NCBI GenBank assembly: GCA_001567275.1
Contig: LNBX01000025.1
Coordinates: forward strand, 77,454 to 141,453
DNA: 64,000 nt
Origin: Bacteroidetes bacterium OLB10
GTDB lineage: Bacteria > Bacteroidota > Bacteroidia > AKYH767-A > OLB10
Direction: 5' to 3'
Position numbers and translations under genes: made by a program. This document shows, piece by piece, positions 1 to 9,645 of the stretch. The stretch's first letter is position 1. Each line of letters begins with the position of its first letter. The notes beneath the pieces are model-generated. The model was not told the origin of the DNA, did no database searches, and worked only from the letters and a program-made list of their open reading frames with translations.

Positions 1-1979
1 CTGCCGGTGAAGCTTATTACAATATTGATATTCCACAGTTCAGTGGCGACCTACGTGTGATGGCATGTGTATGGAGCAATAATCGTTTTGGCAGTGCCGA
101 CAAACATATTAAAGTTGCTGATCCTGTTGTCATCAGTCCTTCCATTCCGCGATTTCTGAGTCCGGGCGATACGCTTCAAATGCCTGTGACATTTACCAAT
201 AGCACCAACGCTCCTCTGAAATGCAACACTGCATGTTCAGTTACCGGCAATCTGAAATTGCTGAATGCTGCAAACCTTCAAACTACAATAGCTGCAGGAA
301 CTGAATTTGTTGCAAACTGGACTCTGGTAGCAGGTTCAGCTATTGGCAATGCTGAAATTTTAATTTCAGCAAAAAGTGGTACTGATAATTTTACTGACAA
401 AACAAACATTACCATTCGTCCACCCTCTTCGCTTGTCAAAGAAACTTCTTCGGGAGAATTGAGCGGTACGAAATCACTTACTATTGCTTCTGATTTTATT
501 CCATCAAGTGCTGCAATGAAATTAGTAGTGAGTAATTCGCCATTGGTACAATTCAGTGATGAACTCAGCTACTTACTTGATTATCCTCATGGATGTCTGG
601 AACAAACAGTATCTATTGCATTCCCTCAGATTTATTATGGCGATTTGGCAAAAACAATTACAACAAAAACCAACTTTACCTACGATGCACATAGCAATGT
701 GCAGGAAGCAATACGTAAAATAGAAAGCATGCAAATTTATAATGGCTCTCTTACATACTGGCCGGGTAGTGTAATTGAAAACTGGTGGTCCACTGCCTAT
801 GCACTGCATTTTCTTACCGAAGCAGATAAAGCAGGCTATGACGTTAACAACAATACAGTGAATAAAATTTTTGAATACCTTAAACAAAAAGTTAAGCTGC
901 GTGAGGTAGAAACGGTTTACGAATTAAACAAAGACAATGTCATCATAAAAAACACTCGAGCAAAACGTGAAATCATTTATTCTCTCTATTTGCTTGCACT
1001 CAACGGGAAACAGGATTTGTCATCCATGAATTATTACAAATCGAATCATACACTTCTCACTGCCGATTCAAGATATATGCTGGCATGTGCTTATCAGGCT
1101 ATTGGTGATACAAAAAGCAGTATTGCACTGATGCCTGAAAAGTTTGGAGATGAAAAATCCATACGGAGTACAAATGGAAATTTCCATTCCTATATTCGTG
1201 ATTATGCTCTTTCGCTCAACTGTCTTTTGGAAACAGATGCCGGTAATCCGCAGATTCCTCAGATGGCAAGAACCCTCTCTCAGATTATTCAAAAAGTGAA
1301 CTGGATGAGTACTCAGGAACGTGCATTTTCTTTCCTCGCTCTTGGAAAATTCGTGAGTAAAAATGTAAGTAAGAATGTAAAAGGAACGCTGTTTTCAGGA
1401 GGAAAACAAATTGCTGAATTTTCGGGAAAGGACCTTATTCTGAAAGACAAAAATCTTATCGGAAAAACCCTTGAAATAAAGACACAGGGCGAAGGCAAAC
1501 TTTACTGGTTTTTGGAAGTGAGTGGTATTAAAGAAAATACTCCCGTAAAAGAAGAAGACAGTAAAATCATGGTACGCAAGTCTTTTTTCAACCGTTTCGG
1601 TCAACCTTTGCTCAATACATTTAAACAAGGCGAACTGATTGTTGTGCAAATAGCACTCACTTCACAGGGTGGAATGGAAGCAGATAATATTGTTGTAACT
1701 GATATGATTCCTTCCGGTTTTGAAATTGAGAATCCTCGTATTACTGATGAAAGAGAAATGACATGGATAAAAAACCAGCAGACACCTGATTATTTCGATA
1801 TCCGTGATGACCGTATCAATCTCTATACTACTTCAGGCAAAACAACACGTTATTATTATTACACTGTCCGAGCCGTAAGCACCGGAAGTTTCATTATGGG
1901 ACCAGTAAGTGCTGATGCTATGTATAACGGAGAGATACACTCATACAGTGGTGCAGGCAGAGTGCATATCATAAAATGA
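1..1979 (+). CDS. alpha-2-macroglobulin family protein, C-terminal ~650 aa (gene starts upstream of window)
   Basis: Reading frame is open from the window edge. It carries the thioester motif GCLEQ (DYPHGCLEQT) and an A2M-like C-terminal region. Its stop overlaps the pbpC start (ATGA). Confidence 0.8.
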   Translation, partial: AGEAYYNIDIPQFSGDLRVMACVWSNNRFGSADKHIKVADPVVISPSIPRFLSPGDTLQMPVTFTNSTNAPLKCNTACSVTGNLKLLNAANLQTTIAAGTEFVANWTLVAGSAIGNAEILISAKSGTDNFTDKTNITIRPPSSLVKETSSGELSGTKSLTIASDFIPSSAAMKLVVSNSPLVQFSDELSYLLDYPHGCLEQTVSIAFPQIYYGDLAKTITTKTNFTYDAHSNVQEAIRKIESMQIYNGSLTYWPGSVIENWWSTAYALHFLTEADKAGYDVNNNTVNKIFEYLKQKVKLREVETVYELNKDNVIIKNTRAKREIIYSLYLLALNGKQDLSSMNYYKSNHTLLTADSRYMLACAYQAIGDTKSSIALMPEKFGDEKSIRSTNGNFHSYIRDYALSLNCLLETDAGNPQIPQMARTLSQIIQKVNWMSTQERAFSFLALGKFVSKNVSKNVKGTLFSGGKQIAEFSGKDLILKDKNLIGKTLEIKTQGEGKLYWFLEVSGIKENTPVKEEDSKIMVRKSFFNRFGQPLLNTFKQGELIVVQIALTSQGGMEADNIVVTDMIPSGFEIENPRITDEREMTWIKNQQTPDYFDIRDDRINLYTTSGKTTRYYYYTVRAVSTGSFIMGPVSADAMYNGEIHSYSGAGRVHIIK

Positions 1980-4282
1980 TTAGGCTGATTAAAAAAAGTT
2001 TCAGGTTTATACTGATAAGCACTGTTGTCCTTTTTGCTGTTTTTCTTTTTCTCCGGTGGTGTTTTCCGTTGCAGGTTGAAGTACCATATTCCACTGTTAT
2101 TTCTGCAGATGATGGTACTGTGTTGCATGCCTATCTTTCAAAAGACTCAAAATGGAGAATGGCTGTAACCGAAAAAGAAGTCAATCCTCAGCTCATAAAA
2201 GCAATACTGAATAAAGAAGACAAGTACTTTTATTTTCATTACGGTGTAAATCCCGTTGCCGTTATACGTGCATTGTTCAACAACCTATTGCATCAGCGCA
2301 AAACATCAGGAGCTTCTACTATCACCATGCAGGTTGTAAGACTCCTCTACCCTGCTCCGCGTACATGGTCAAATAAAATGACCGAAGCATTCAGAGCAAC
2401 TGAACTGGAATGGCAATACAGTAAGGATGAAATTCTTAATCTCTACTTGAACCTAATTCCTTATGGTGGAAATATCGAAGGAGTAAAAGCTGCTTCTGTT
2501 TTCTATTTCGGTAAGTTACCTTCAGCACTTTCATTGGCTGAGTGTGCAACATTGTGCATCATTCCCAACAGGCCTAATTCATTACGACCCGGAAGATATA
2601 ATGAAGTGATTAAAAGAGAAAGGAATAAATGGTTGCACCGTTTTAAGAAACAACATTTGTTTTCTGACAGCGATATCAATGATGCATTAAACGAACCTAC
2701 AGACATGCAAAGGCAGAAAGCTCCTGCACTGATTCCTCAGCTGGCATTCAGGATGAAAGAAAAATATCCTCAAAAAAATTCAATTCATACAACCATCAAA
2801 ACTGCCATGCAGCATAAACTTCAGGTGTTGGTTTATAATTACAGCAAAAGACTTGCACTGAGAAATATTTATAATGCAGCGGCAATTGTCATTGATAATA
2901 AAACAAGAAAAGTTCTCGCTTATATCGGCTCCAATGATGCAACTGATGATCTACATCAGGGACAGGTTGATGGTGTAAATGCAGTACGCTCTCCGGGCAG
3001 TACATTAAAACCTTTGGTATATGCACTTGCAATTGACAAAGGTTTACTCACACCAATGACAATTATAAATGATATTCCGGTAAATTATATGGGATATTCA
3101 CCTGAAAATTTTAATTCGAAATTTAACGGACCGGTTACAGTTGAATTTGCATTATCGCATAGTTTAAATATTCCTGCTGTACAAACCTTAAACAAACTGG
3201 GCGTTAACACACTCACTGATGCGCTGGCACGAAGTCAGTTTCAGTCAATAGCAGCACAACAGAAAAAATTAGGTTTGTCAGTTGTATTAGGCGGATGCGG
3301 AGTTAAATTATCAGAACTCTCAAACCTGTACTCCACATTTGCCAATAATGGAAATTATGTACCATTGAAATATACCCATGATGATACGGTCAGTTATTCA
3401 TTTCCTTTAATATCTGATGCTGCAGCATATCTTACTACGGAAATGCTAAGTAAATTAATACGCCCTGACATGCCGAATAATTATGAAAACAGCCTTCGCA
3501 TTCCCAAAATTGCATGGAAAACCGGAACCTCCTATGGCAGACGTGATGCATGGAGTATAGGATATAACAAAAAATATACTATTGGTGTATGGGTTGGCAA
3601 TTTTGACGGTAGCGGCATTGCCGAACTTACCGGTGCAGACATGGCCACACCATTGTTGTTTGATATTTTTAACACCATTGATTATAGTTCGGAAGCAGAA
3701 TGGTTTACAACACCCAAAGCAGTTAACTTCAGATTGGTTTGCAGTGAGTCAGGAAAAATTCCGAATACATTTTGTGATAAGCAGGTGATGGATGAGTTTA
3801 TCCCGGGCATTTCTTCAAATGCTGTTTGCACTCATGCAAAAGAAATAATGGTATCCCCCGATGAAAAAGTCAGTTATTGCACCTCCTGTGCACCGGCTGC
3901 GGGTTATAAGAAAATTCTGTATCCAAATCCTGACCCTGATTTACTGGCATTTTATAAAAGTGAACACATCAATATCAAAATGCCTCCATCACATAACATC
4001 GCTTGCTCACGAATTTTCAATGACTCACCACCAAAAATTACTTCTCCTGCTGATGCCGGTGAATATCTCATTGACTTAAAATCAGGAGATAAATTAATGC
4101 TGAGTTGTCATGCCAACTCTGACGTACAAACGGTTTACTGGTATATCAATGATATTTTTTACAGGGCTGCCGGTGCCGGTGAGCAATTATTTTTCACCCC
4201 TCAAAAAGGAAGTATTAAAATATCATGTGCGGATGACAAGGGCCGCAATTCTGATATTCATATTACAGTAGGTGCACTGTAA
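1976..4282 (+). CDS. pbpC: penicillin-binding protein 1C (bifunctional transglycosylase/transpeptidase)
   Basis: 768 aa with N-terminal TM and glycosyltransferase-51 motifs, a transpeptidase domain (SPGSTLKP, KTGTS) and a PbpC-type C-terminal domain. Translationally coupled to the A2M gene. Confidence 0.85.
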   Translation: MIRLIKKSFRFILISTVVLFAVFLFLRWCFPLQVEVPYSTVISADDGTVLHAYLSKDSKWRMAVTEKEVNPQLIKAILNKEDKYFYFHYGVNPVAVIRALFNNLLHQRKTSGASTITMQVVRLLYPAPRTWSNKMTEAFRATELEWQYSKDEILNLYLNLIPYGGNIEGVKAASVFYFGKLPSALSLAECATLCIIPNRPNSLRPGRYNEVIKRERNKWLHRFKKQHLFSDSDINDALNEPTDMQRQKAPALIPQLAFRMKEKYPQKNSIHTTIKTAMQHKLQVLVYNYSKRLALRNIYNAAAIVIDNKTRKVLAYIGSNDATDDLHQGQVDGVNAVRSPGSTLKPLVYALAIDKGLLTPMTIINDIPVNYMGYSPENFNSKFNGPVTVEFALSHSLNIPAVQTLNKLGVNTLTDALARSQFQSIAAQQKKLGLSVVLGGCGVKLSELSNLYSTFANNGNYVPLKYTHDDTVSYSFPLISDAAAYLTTEMLSKLIRPDMPNNYENSLRIPKIAWKTGTSYGRRDAWSIGYNKKYTIGVWVGNFDGSGIAELTGADMATPLLFDIFNTIDYSSEAEWFTTPKAVNFRLVCSESGKIPNTFCDKQVMDEFIPGISSNAVCTHAKEIMVSPDEKVSYCTSCAPAAGYKKILYPNPDPDLLAFYKSEHINIKMPPSHNIACSRIFNDSPPKITSPADAGEYLIDLKSGDKLMLSCHANSDVQTVYWYINDIFYRAAGAGEQLFFTPQKGSIKISCADDKGRNSDIHITVGAL

Positions 4283-4286
4283 ACAC

Positions 4287-4946
4287 TTAAGCCTTTTCCA
4301 AAATTTTCACCCTCAAAAATCCTTTTCTTTCCCAATAATCTTTTAGTTTTTCAGCTTCCTGAGTACTGGCAATATTTATTATGAGAATATGATATAAAGG
4401 ACGATGGTCATTCATTTTTTTCAGCACATAAAAATTCTGAATATATTCCAGTTCATGCAGCTGATTAATTAGTAATAATGCATGAGGTAAATCTCTGGTT
4501 CGCCAGATACTTAACATATAACCATTACTGACCATTTTTTTTCCATCAGCATCCACAATATCATTTTCATTCATCGCTTTTTTCAGTGAATCTGCATCTG
4601 AGGGTGGCTTAATTATTTCCATCTTCACACGGGTGATTCCTCTTTTATAAATTCCAATTATTCTGGCTGCCTGTTCTGAAAGGTCAACAACTCTCTGCTT
4701 TGCATACGGGCCTCTGTCATTTACCCTGACAATTGTGGTCAGATTATTCTTCAGATTAGTAATTTTAAGAAATGTATGAAAAGGAAGTTTTCTGCTGGCA
4801 CAGGTCATATCATAGTTGCTGAATTTTTCACCATTTGCTGTTTTTCTTCCTTCGAATGACCGTGCATAATAAGATGCTCCTCCTGTTATGGTTTGTGCAG
4901 ATGAAGAACTTACAGCCATCAGTAAACAAAAAATCACGGATTTCAT
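4287..4946 (-). CDS. rlpA: septal ring lytic transglycosylase RlpA-like (DPBB domain plus C-terminal SPOR-like domain)
   Basis: Signal peptide MKSVIFCLLMAVSSSSAQT, then the RlpA double-psi beta-barrel motif GGASYYA..GRKTANGE..D. Start moved to the internal ATG that begins the signal peptide. Confidence 0.7.
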   Translation of the reverse strand: MKSVIFCLLMAVSSSSAQTITGGASYYARSFEGRKTANGEKFSNYDMTCASRKLPFHTFLKITNLKNNLTTIVRVNDRGPYAKQRVVDLSEQAARIIGIYKRGITRVKMEIIKPPSDADSLKKAMNENDIVDADGKKMVSNGYMLSIWRTRDLPHALLLINQLHELEYIQNFYVLKKMNDHRPLYHILIINIASTQEAEKLKDYWERKGFLRVKILEKA

Positions 4947-5029
4947 CCAATTAACAGTCATACCTCTGAAATTCTGTTTAATATTTTTACAACTGACATA
5001 AATCATTTCTCAAACATAATCATAAAGTA

Positions 5030-5045
5030 TTGTATTACAATACAA
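5030..5045. promoter_or_regulatory. 16-bp palindrome TTGTATTACAATACAA upstream of the desaturase gene (candidate operator)
   Basis: 7-bp inverted-repeat arms TTGTATT / AATACAA with a 2-bp spacer, about 100 bp upstream of the desaturase start in the divergent rlpA/desaturase intergenic region. Confidence 0.35.
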
Positions 5046-5144
5046 ATTCCAATATGTTTATAAACAGACGGATAGCATAAAATATTTTGGAACTGATATA
5101 TCATACTAACGGATACCTATCTTTGCCCAAGTTAAACATTAATA

Positions 5145-6217
5145 ATGGCAACAGTAAAATTCAATAATAAAGACGCAGTATTTTTCCCTTCATTAAAACA
5201 GCGTGTGAATGAATATTTTGAAAAAAATCAGATACAGTCAACAGGTAATTTTAAACTGTTCTCAAAAACAATTATACTTTTCACATTACTGATTGCACTA
5301 TATGTCATACTAGTGTTTTTTACACCTTCCAATGGCTGGCTGTCACTGGCATTGTGTGCACTGATGGGTGTGGTAGTTGCAGCAATAGGATTTAATGTGA
5401 TGCATGATGGTGCTCATGGAAGTTATTCAAGTCGCAAATGGGTTAATGAATCCATGGCACATTCATTGAATTTACTTGGGGGCGTATCCTTCATCTGGAA
5501 ACAAAAACATAACATCAATCATCATTCATATACCAATGTAGAAGGAATGGATGATGATATAGACATCAAACCCTTTATCCGTGTTCATGAAGGGCAGAAA
5601 AAATACTGGTTTCATCGCTATCAGCATATTTATGGTTTGTTGCTTTACGGAATCACTTACTTTTTCTGGGTGTTTTATAACGATTTCAAAAAATATTTCT
5701 CAGGAAAAATTGCTGAACACACCAAAATGCAAAAACTTGCCTGGTGGGAGCATGTTGTTTTCTGGGCAACAAAACTATTTTATGTGGCTGCTTTCATTGT
5801 ATTTCCTATTTATAATGTAGGTCTTGCAGATACTATAATCGGCTATGTTTTAATGGTAGTTATCACAGGAATAACCATTTCTGTTGTATTTCAGCTTGCA
5901 CATATTGTAGAAGATATGGAGTTTGTTAATCCTGAAGGTAAATCAATGAAAATTGAATCTGAATGGGCTATACATCAGTTGCAGACGACAAGTAACTTTG
6001 CCACAAAAATAAATTTATCTGCTGGTTGTTGGGTGGTCTTAATTTTCAGGTAGAGCATCATTTGTTTCCCCGCATCAGCCATATTCATTATCCTGCACTT
6101 AATGCAATTGTAAAAGATACTTGCAGGGAATTTAATATAACCTATAAAGAATTTCCTACATTAAGACAGGCATTATTTTCACATATAGTATATCTTAAGC
6201 ATATAGGAAGGCAATAA
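5145..6217 (+). pseudogene. membrane fatty-acid desaturase, split by a -1 frameshift in an A5 run at 6005-6009
   Basis: His boxes HDGAHGS and HNINHHSYTN lie in frame 1 (5145-6053). The third His box [21 protein letters not shown] lies in frame 3 (6026-6217). One extra A in the AAAAA run (6005-6009) gives a continuous [24 protein letters not shown]. Confidence 0.75.
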
Positions 6218-6452
6218 TCAGCCTTTTACTGATTGTTTGGGTTCTTTTTTCATATTTAACAAAAAATTTGCAGGTTTAAATTAATTTATAACTTTGCGTG
6301 AAGATTTTCTGAAACCAGTTATGGTTAAAGTATTACCAAATTATAAAATCAAGAATAAGACTCAAAGTCTTATCTGCTTTTTGAAAGACAGGATTAACCG
6401 CCATGTCTGGAATACAAATCAACTAAATAAGTTAAATTCAAATTGAAACATT

Positions 6453-9400
6453 ATGAGGAAAACAATCACATTGTTTTTAAGCTTGTTCGTGCTGTCATTA
6501 GCAGCACTGGCACAGGAGCGGACAGTTACCGGTAAGGTAATCTCGTCTGCCGACAAGCTGGGAATACCGGGCGTTAGCGTGGTAGAACCCGGTACTACCA
6601 ATGGAGCCGTTACGGATATTGACGGAAAATATTCCATCATGGTCAAATCAACAACAACCCAATTGCGGTTTTCAGGTACAGGGTTGGTAACACAAACGCT
6701 AAACATTCCTGCATCTAACAGTTTAGATGTAACAATGAGTCAGGATGTTCAGAAAATCGGAGAAGTGGTTGTTACTGCTTTAGGTGTAAAACGTGAAGAA
6801 AAATCACTTGGTTATTCAACACAAAAAGTAAGTGGTGAAGAGTTATCTGATGCTAAAGAAGCGAACTTCATCAACTCCTTACAAGGTAGAGTAGCCGGTG
6901 TGTCTATCACTGGTTCCAGTAACCTCGGTGGTTCATCAAGAATATTGCTCAGAGGATTACGTTCCATCAATTTTGAAAACCAACCACTTTTTGTGGTAGA
7001 TGGTATTCCGATGAATAATGAAAACGTTGCCACATTAGATCAGGCACGTGGAGCATTAGGATATGACTATGGTAATGCCATTCAGGATATAAACCCTGAT
7101 GATATTGAATCCATCAACGTACTTAAAGGACCATCAGCAACTGCTCTTTATGGTTCTCGTGGTTCAAACGGTGTTATTATCATTACCACCAAAAAAGGCG
7201 TAGCCCGTGAGAAAAATGAAAAATATTCTCCTATTGGTGTGACCCTGAATATAGGATTCGGTATGAAAAAGATTTACAACCTTCCTAAATATCAAAACCG
7301 TTATGGTGGAGGTGCTTCTCCCGACTTTATTGAAAGTGACATACATCCTGGCGAGTATCGTTCAGAATTTGAATATGACGGTAGCTGGGGTCCGGAATTA
7401 TTAGGACAGGAAGTATATCAGTGGGACAGCTACTATCCTTCTATGCCTAACTATAACAAAAAAACTCCATGGGTTGCACATCCTGATAACGTAAAAGATT
7501 TCTTCCAGACAGGTATTGTTAAAAACAACAGCATAGCACTTGATGGTGGAAATGAAAAATCACTTTTCCGTTTAGGTTATACCAATTACGATGAAAAAGG
7601 TGTTATCCCTAATGAACGTCTTAACAGAAATATCATCAGCTTTAATGGTTCCAATAAATTTACAGACCGTTTAAGTGCTGATATCACTATGAACTATGTG
7701 GTTTCAAGAGGAAAAGGCCGTGCAGCTACAGGATATAACAGCATTGCTTCTAACTTTAATCAGTGGTGGGAACGTCAGTTGGATATTCATGAACTGGAAG
7801 ACTATAAAAATCCTGATGGAACACAACGTGCATGGAACATGAACTCAGAAGAAGATCCTTCTCCACTTTATTGGGATAATCCATACTGGGTTTGTTATGA
7901 AAACTATGAAACCGATCAGCGTAACCGTTTATATGGCGGATTAAATCTTAACTATGATTTAGGAAAAGGTTTTTCTGTAATCGCATCCGGCAAAACCGAT
8001 TATTATGACGAATTCCGTCAGGAGCGTGTAGCTGTGGGAAGTGCCATTGCAACTGCTATCCCATCTTATTCTGAAAACACTCTTCAGTTTAATGAAAACA
8101 ACTATGAGATTATGTTGAATTACAAACACAGAATTTCTGATGCTTTCGACTTTAACGGATTTGTAGGAGCCAACAGGATGGATCAGAAATTCAGTAACAA
8201 ATTTATTGCTACTCAGGGTGGTTTAAAAGTTCCTAATTTCTACAGCATCAGCAACTCACAAAGCAGCGAATTAATTCAGTCTTCACAGGTTAGACAAATG
8301 CGCAAAAACTCAGTGTTTGCAAGTGCTTCGGTAGGTTATAAGAGTTTCCTTTACTTAGATGTTACCGGACGTAACGACTGGAGTTCAACACTTCCTGAAG
8401 ACAACAACTCTTATTTCTATCCTTCAGTGAGTGGTAGCTTTGTATTCTCTGAATTACTTGATATGTCATGGTTAAGTTATGGTAAATTAAGAGCTGGTTG
8501 GGCGCTAACAGCCGTTGATCCTCCTGCATACCGTTCAACTGCAACACCTGCATTGATTTCTGATAACTTCAATGGAGTTCCCACAAGTGTACTTCCCGGA
8601 ACATTTAATAATACTACTTTGAAACCTGAGTTCACTTCAGGTTTTGAAACCGGTCTTGAAGCAAAATTCCTTAATCAGCGAATTTCAATGGATGTTGCTT
8701 ATAGTTCAACCTTATCAAAGGACGTTATCTTTAATGTACAGCAGTCAAGTGCCAGTGGTATCACCTATAAAATTTATAATGCTGCTGAAATTTCAAATAA
8801 AACAGTGGAGTTGATGTTAAATGTAATTCCTGTTAAACTCAAAAACAGCTTTGAGTGGGGAGTTGGTTTCAACTGGGCTAAAACAAAAAATATGGTTGAG
8901 AAACTCTTTACTGACGAAAACGGCAATGAAACTGAAAGTGTACAAATTGGTACTGCTCCTTTCTCTGCTACACTTCAGATGTATAAAGGAATGGAAGCTT
9001 CTCAGATTGTGGGTTATGATTTTGTTTATGACGACAAAGGCAATAAAATTGTTGATGCCGATGGATTTTATAAACGTACCGCTACTGTTACTCCTTTAGG
9101 TTCTGTATTACCTGACTACACCGGTGGTGTAAGTACTTATGTTACCTTTAAAGGTATTCGTTTAGGTGGCTTGATTGACTTCCAGAAAGGTGGTAAAGTT
9201 TACTCTCTTACCAATGTATGGGGTAGATATTCAGGAATTTTTGCTGAAACTGCCGAAGGTGATATCCGCGAAAATGGCTTAATAAACGAAGGCGTAACCG
9301 AAACAGGTGAAGCAAACACAACTGTAATTTCTGCTGTAGATCACTACTTCCAGGATGGTGGTTATGTAATTACTGCTGCAGATGTTTATGATGCATCATT

Positions 9401-9632
9401 TGTAAAACTTCGCGAATTAACCTTGTCTTATGAACTGCCAAGTTCATTATTCAAAAAAGGTATCCGCGGTGTATCAGTAGGTATTTACGGACGTAACCTT
9501 GCAATTCTTCACAAGAATGCTCCTAATATTGATCCTGAGTCAGGATTGTCAACCAGCAACGTACAAGGCTTTGAGGGCGGACAATTACCAACTGCACGTA
9601 CCTTTGGTATAAACCTGAATGTTAGATTTTAA
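6453..9632 (+). CDS. susC: SusC/RagA family TonB-linked outer membrane protein
   Basis: 1059 aa with signal peptide, N-terminal carboxypeptidase-regulatory-like domain, TonB-box region EVVVTALG, plug and a 22-strand barrel. C-terminal aromatic residue. Immediately followed by SusD. Confidence 0.9.
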   Translation: MRKTITLFLSLFVLSLAALAQERTVTGKVISSADKLGIPGVSVVEPGTTNGAVTDIDGKYSIMVKSTTTQLRFSGTGLVTQTLNIPASNSLDVTMSQDVQKIGEVVVTALGVKREEKSLGYSTQKVSGEELSDAKEANFINSLQGRVAGVSITGSSNLGGSSRILLRGLRSINFENQPLFVVDGIPMNNENVATLDQARGALGYDYGNAIQDINPDDIESINVLKGPSATALYGSRGSNGVIIITTKKGVAREKNEKYSPIGVTLNIGFGMKKIYNLPKYQNRYGGGASPDFIESDIHPGEYRSEFEYDGSWGPELLGQEVYQWDSYYPSMPNYNKKTPWVAHPDNVKDFFQTGIVKNNSIALDGGNEKSLFRLGYTNYDEKGVIPNERLNRNIISFNGSNKFTDRLSADITMNYVVSRGKGRAATGYNSIASNFNQWWERQLDIHELEDYKNPDGTQRAWNMNSEEDPSPLYWDNPYWVCYENYETDQRNRLYGGLNLNYDLGKGFSVIASGKTDYYDEFRQERVAVGSAIATAIPSYSENTLQFNENNYEIMLNYKHRISDAFDFNGFVGANRMDQKFSNKFIATQGGLKVPNFYSISNSQSSELIQSSQVRQMRKNSVFASASVGYKSFLYLDVTGRNDWSSTLPEDNNSYFYPSVSGSFVFSELLDMSWLSYGKLRAGWALTAVDPPAYRSTATPALISDNFNGVPTSVLPGTFNNTTLKPEFTSGFETGLEAKFLNQRISMDVAYSSTLSKDVIFNVQQSSASGITYKIYNAAEISNKTVELMLNVIPVKLKNSFEWGVGFNWAKTKNMVEKLFTDENGNETESVQIGTAPFSATLQMYKGMEASQIVGYDFVYDDKGNKIVDADGFYKRTATVTPLGSVLPDYTGGVSTYVTFKGIRLGGLIDFQKGGKVYSLTNVWGRYSGIFAETAEGDIRENGLINEGVTETGEANTTVISAVDHYFQDGGYVITAADVYDASFVKLRELTLSYELPSSLFKKGIRGVSVGIYGRNLAILHKNAPNIDPESGLSTSNVQGFEGGQLPTARTFGINLNVRF

Positions 9633-9645
9633 CTTTTAAAAACGA

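Noticed and set aside
573-887. Many antisense or alternate-frame ORFs inside large genes in the ORF track (e.g. 573-887, 1068-1292, 2503-2706, 6419-6706, 10687-11085, 14823-15191, 18716-19522, 22605-23006, 38672-39235, 56933-57452)
   Set aside because: They are fully embedded in, and antisense or out of frame to, strongly supported genes. Composition is low-complexity and they carry no recognisable motifs. Such ORFs are expected by chance in AT-rich DNA.
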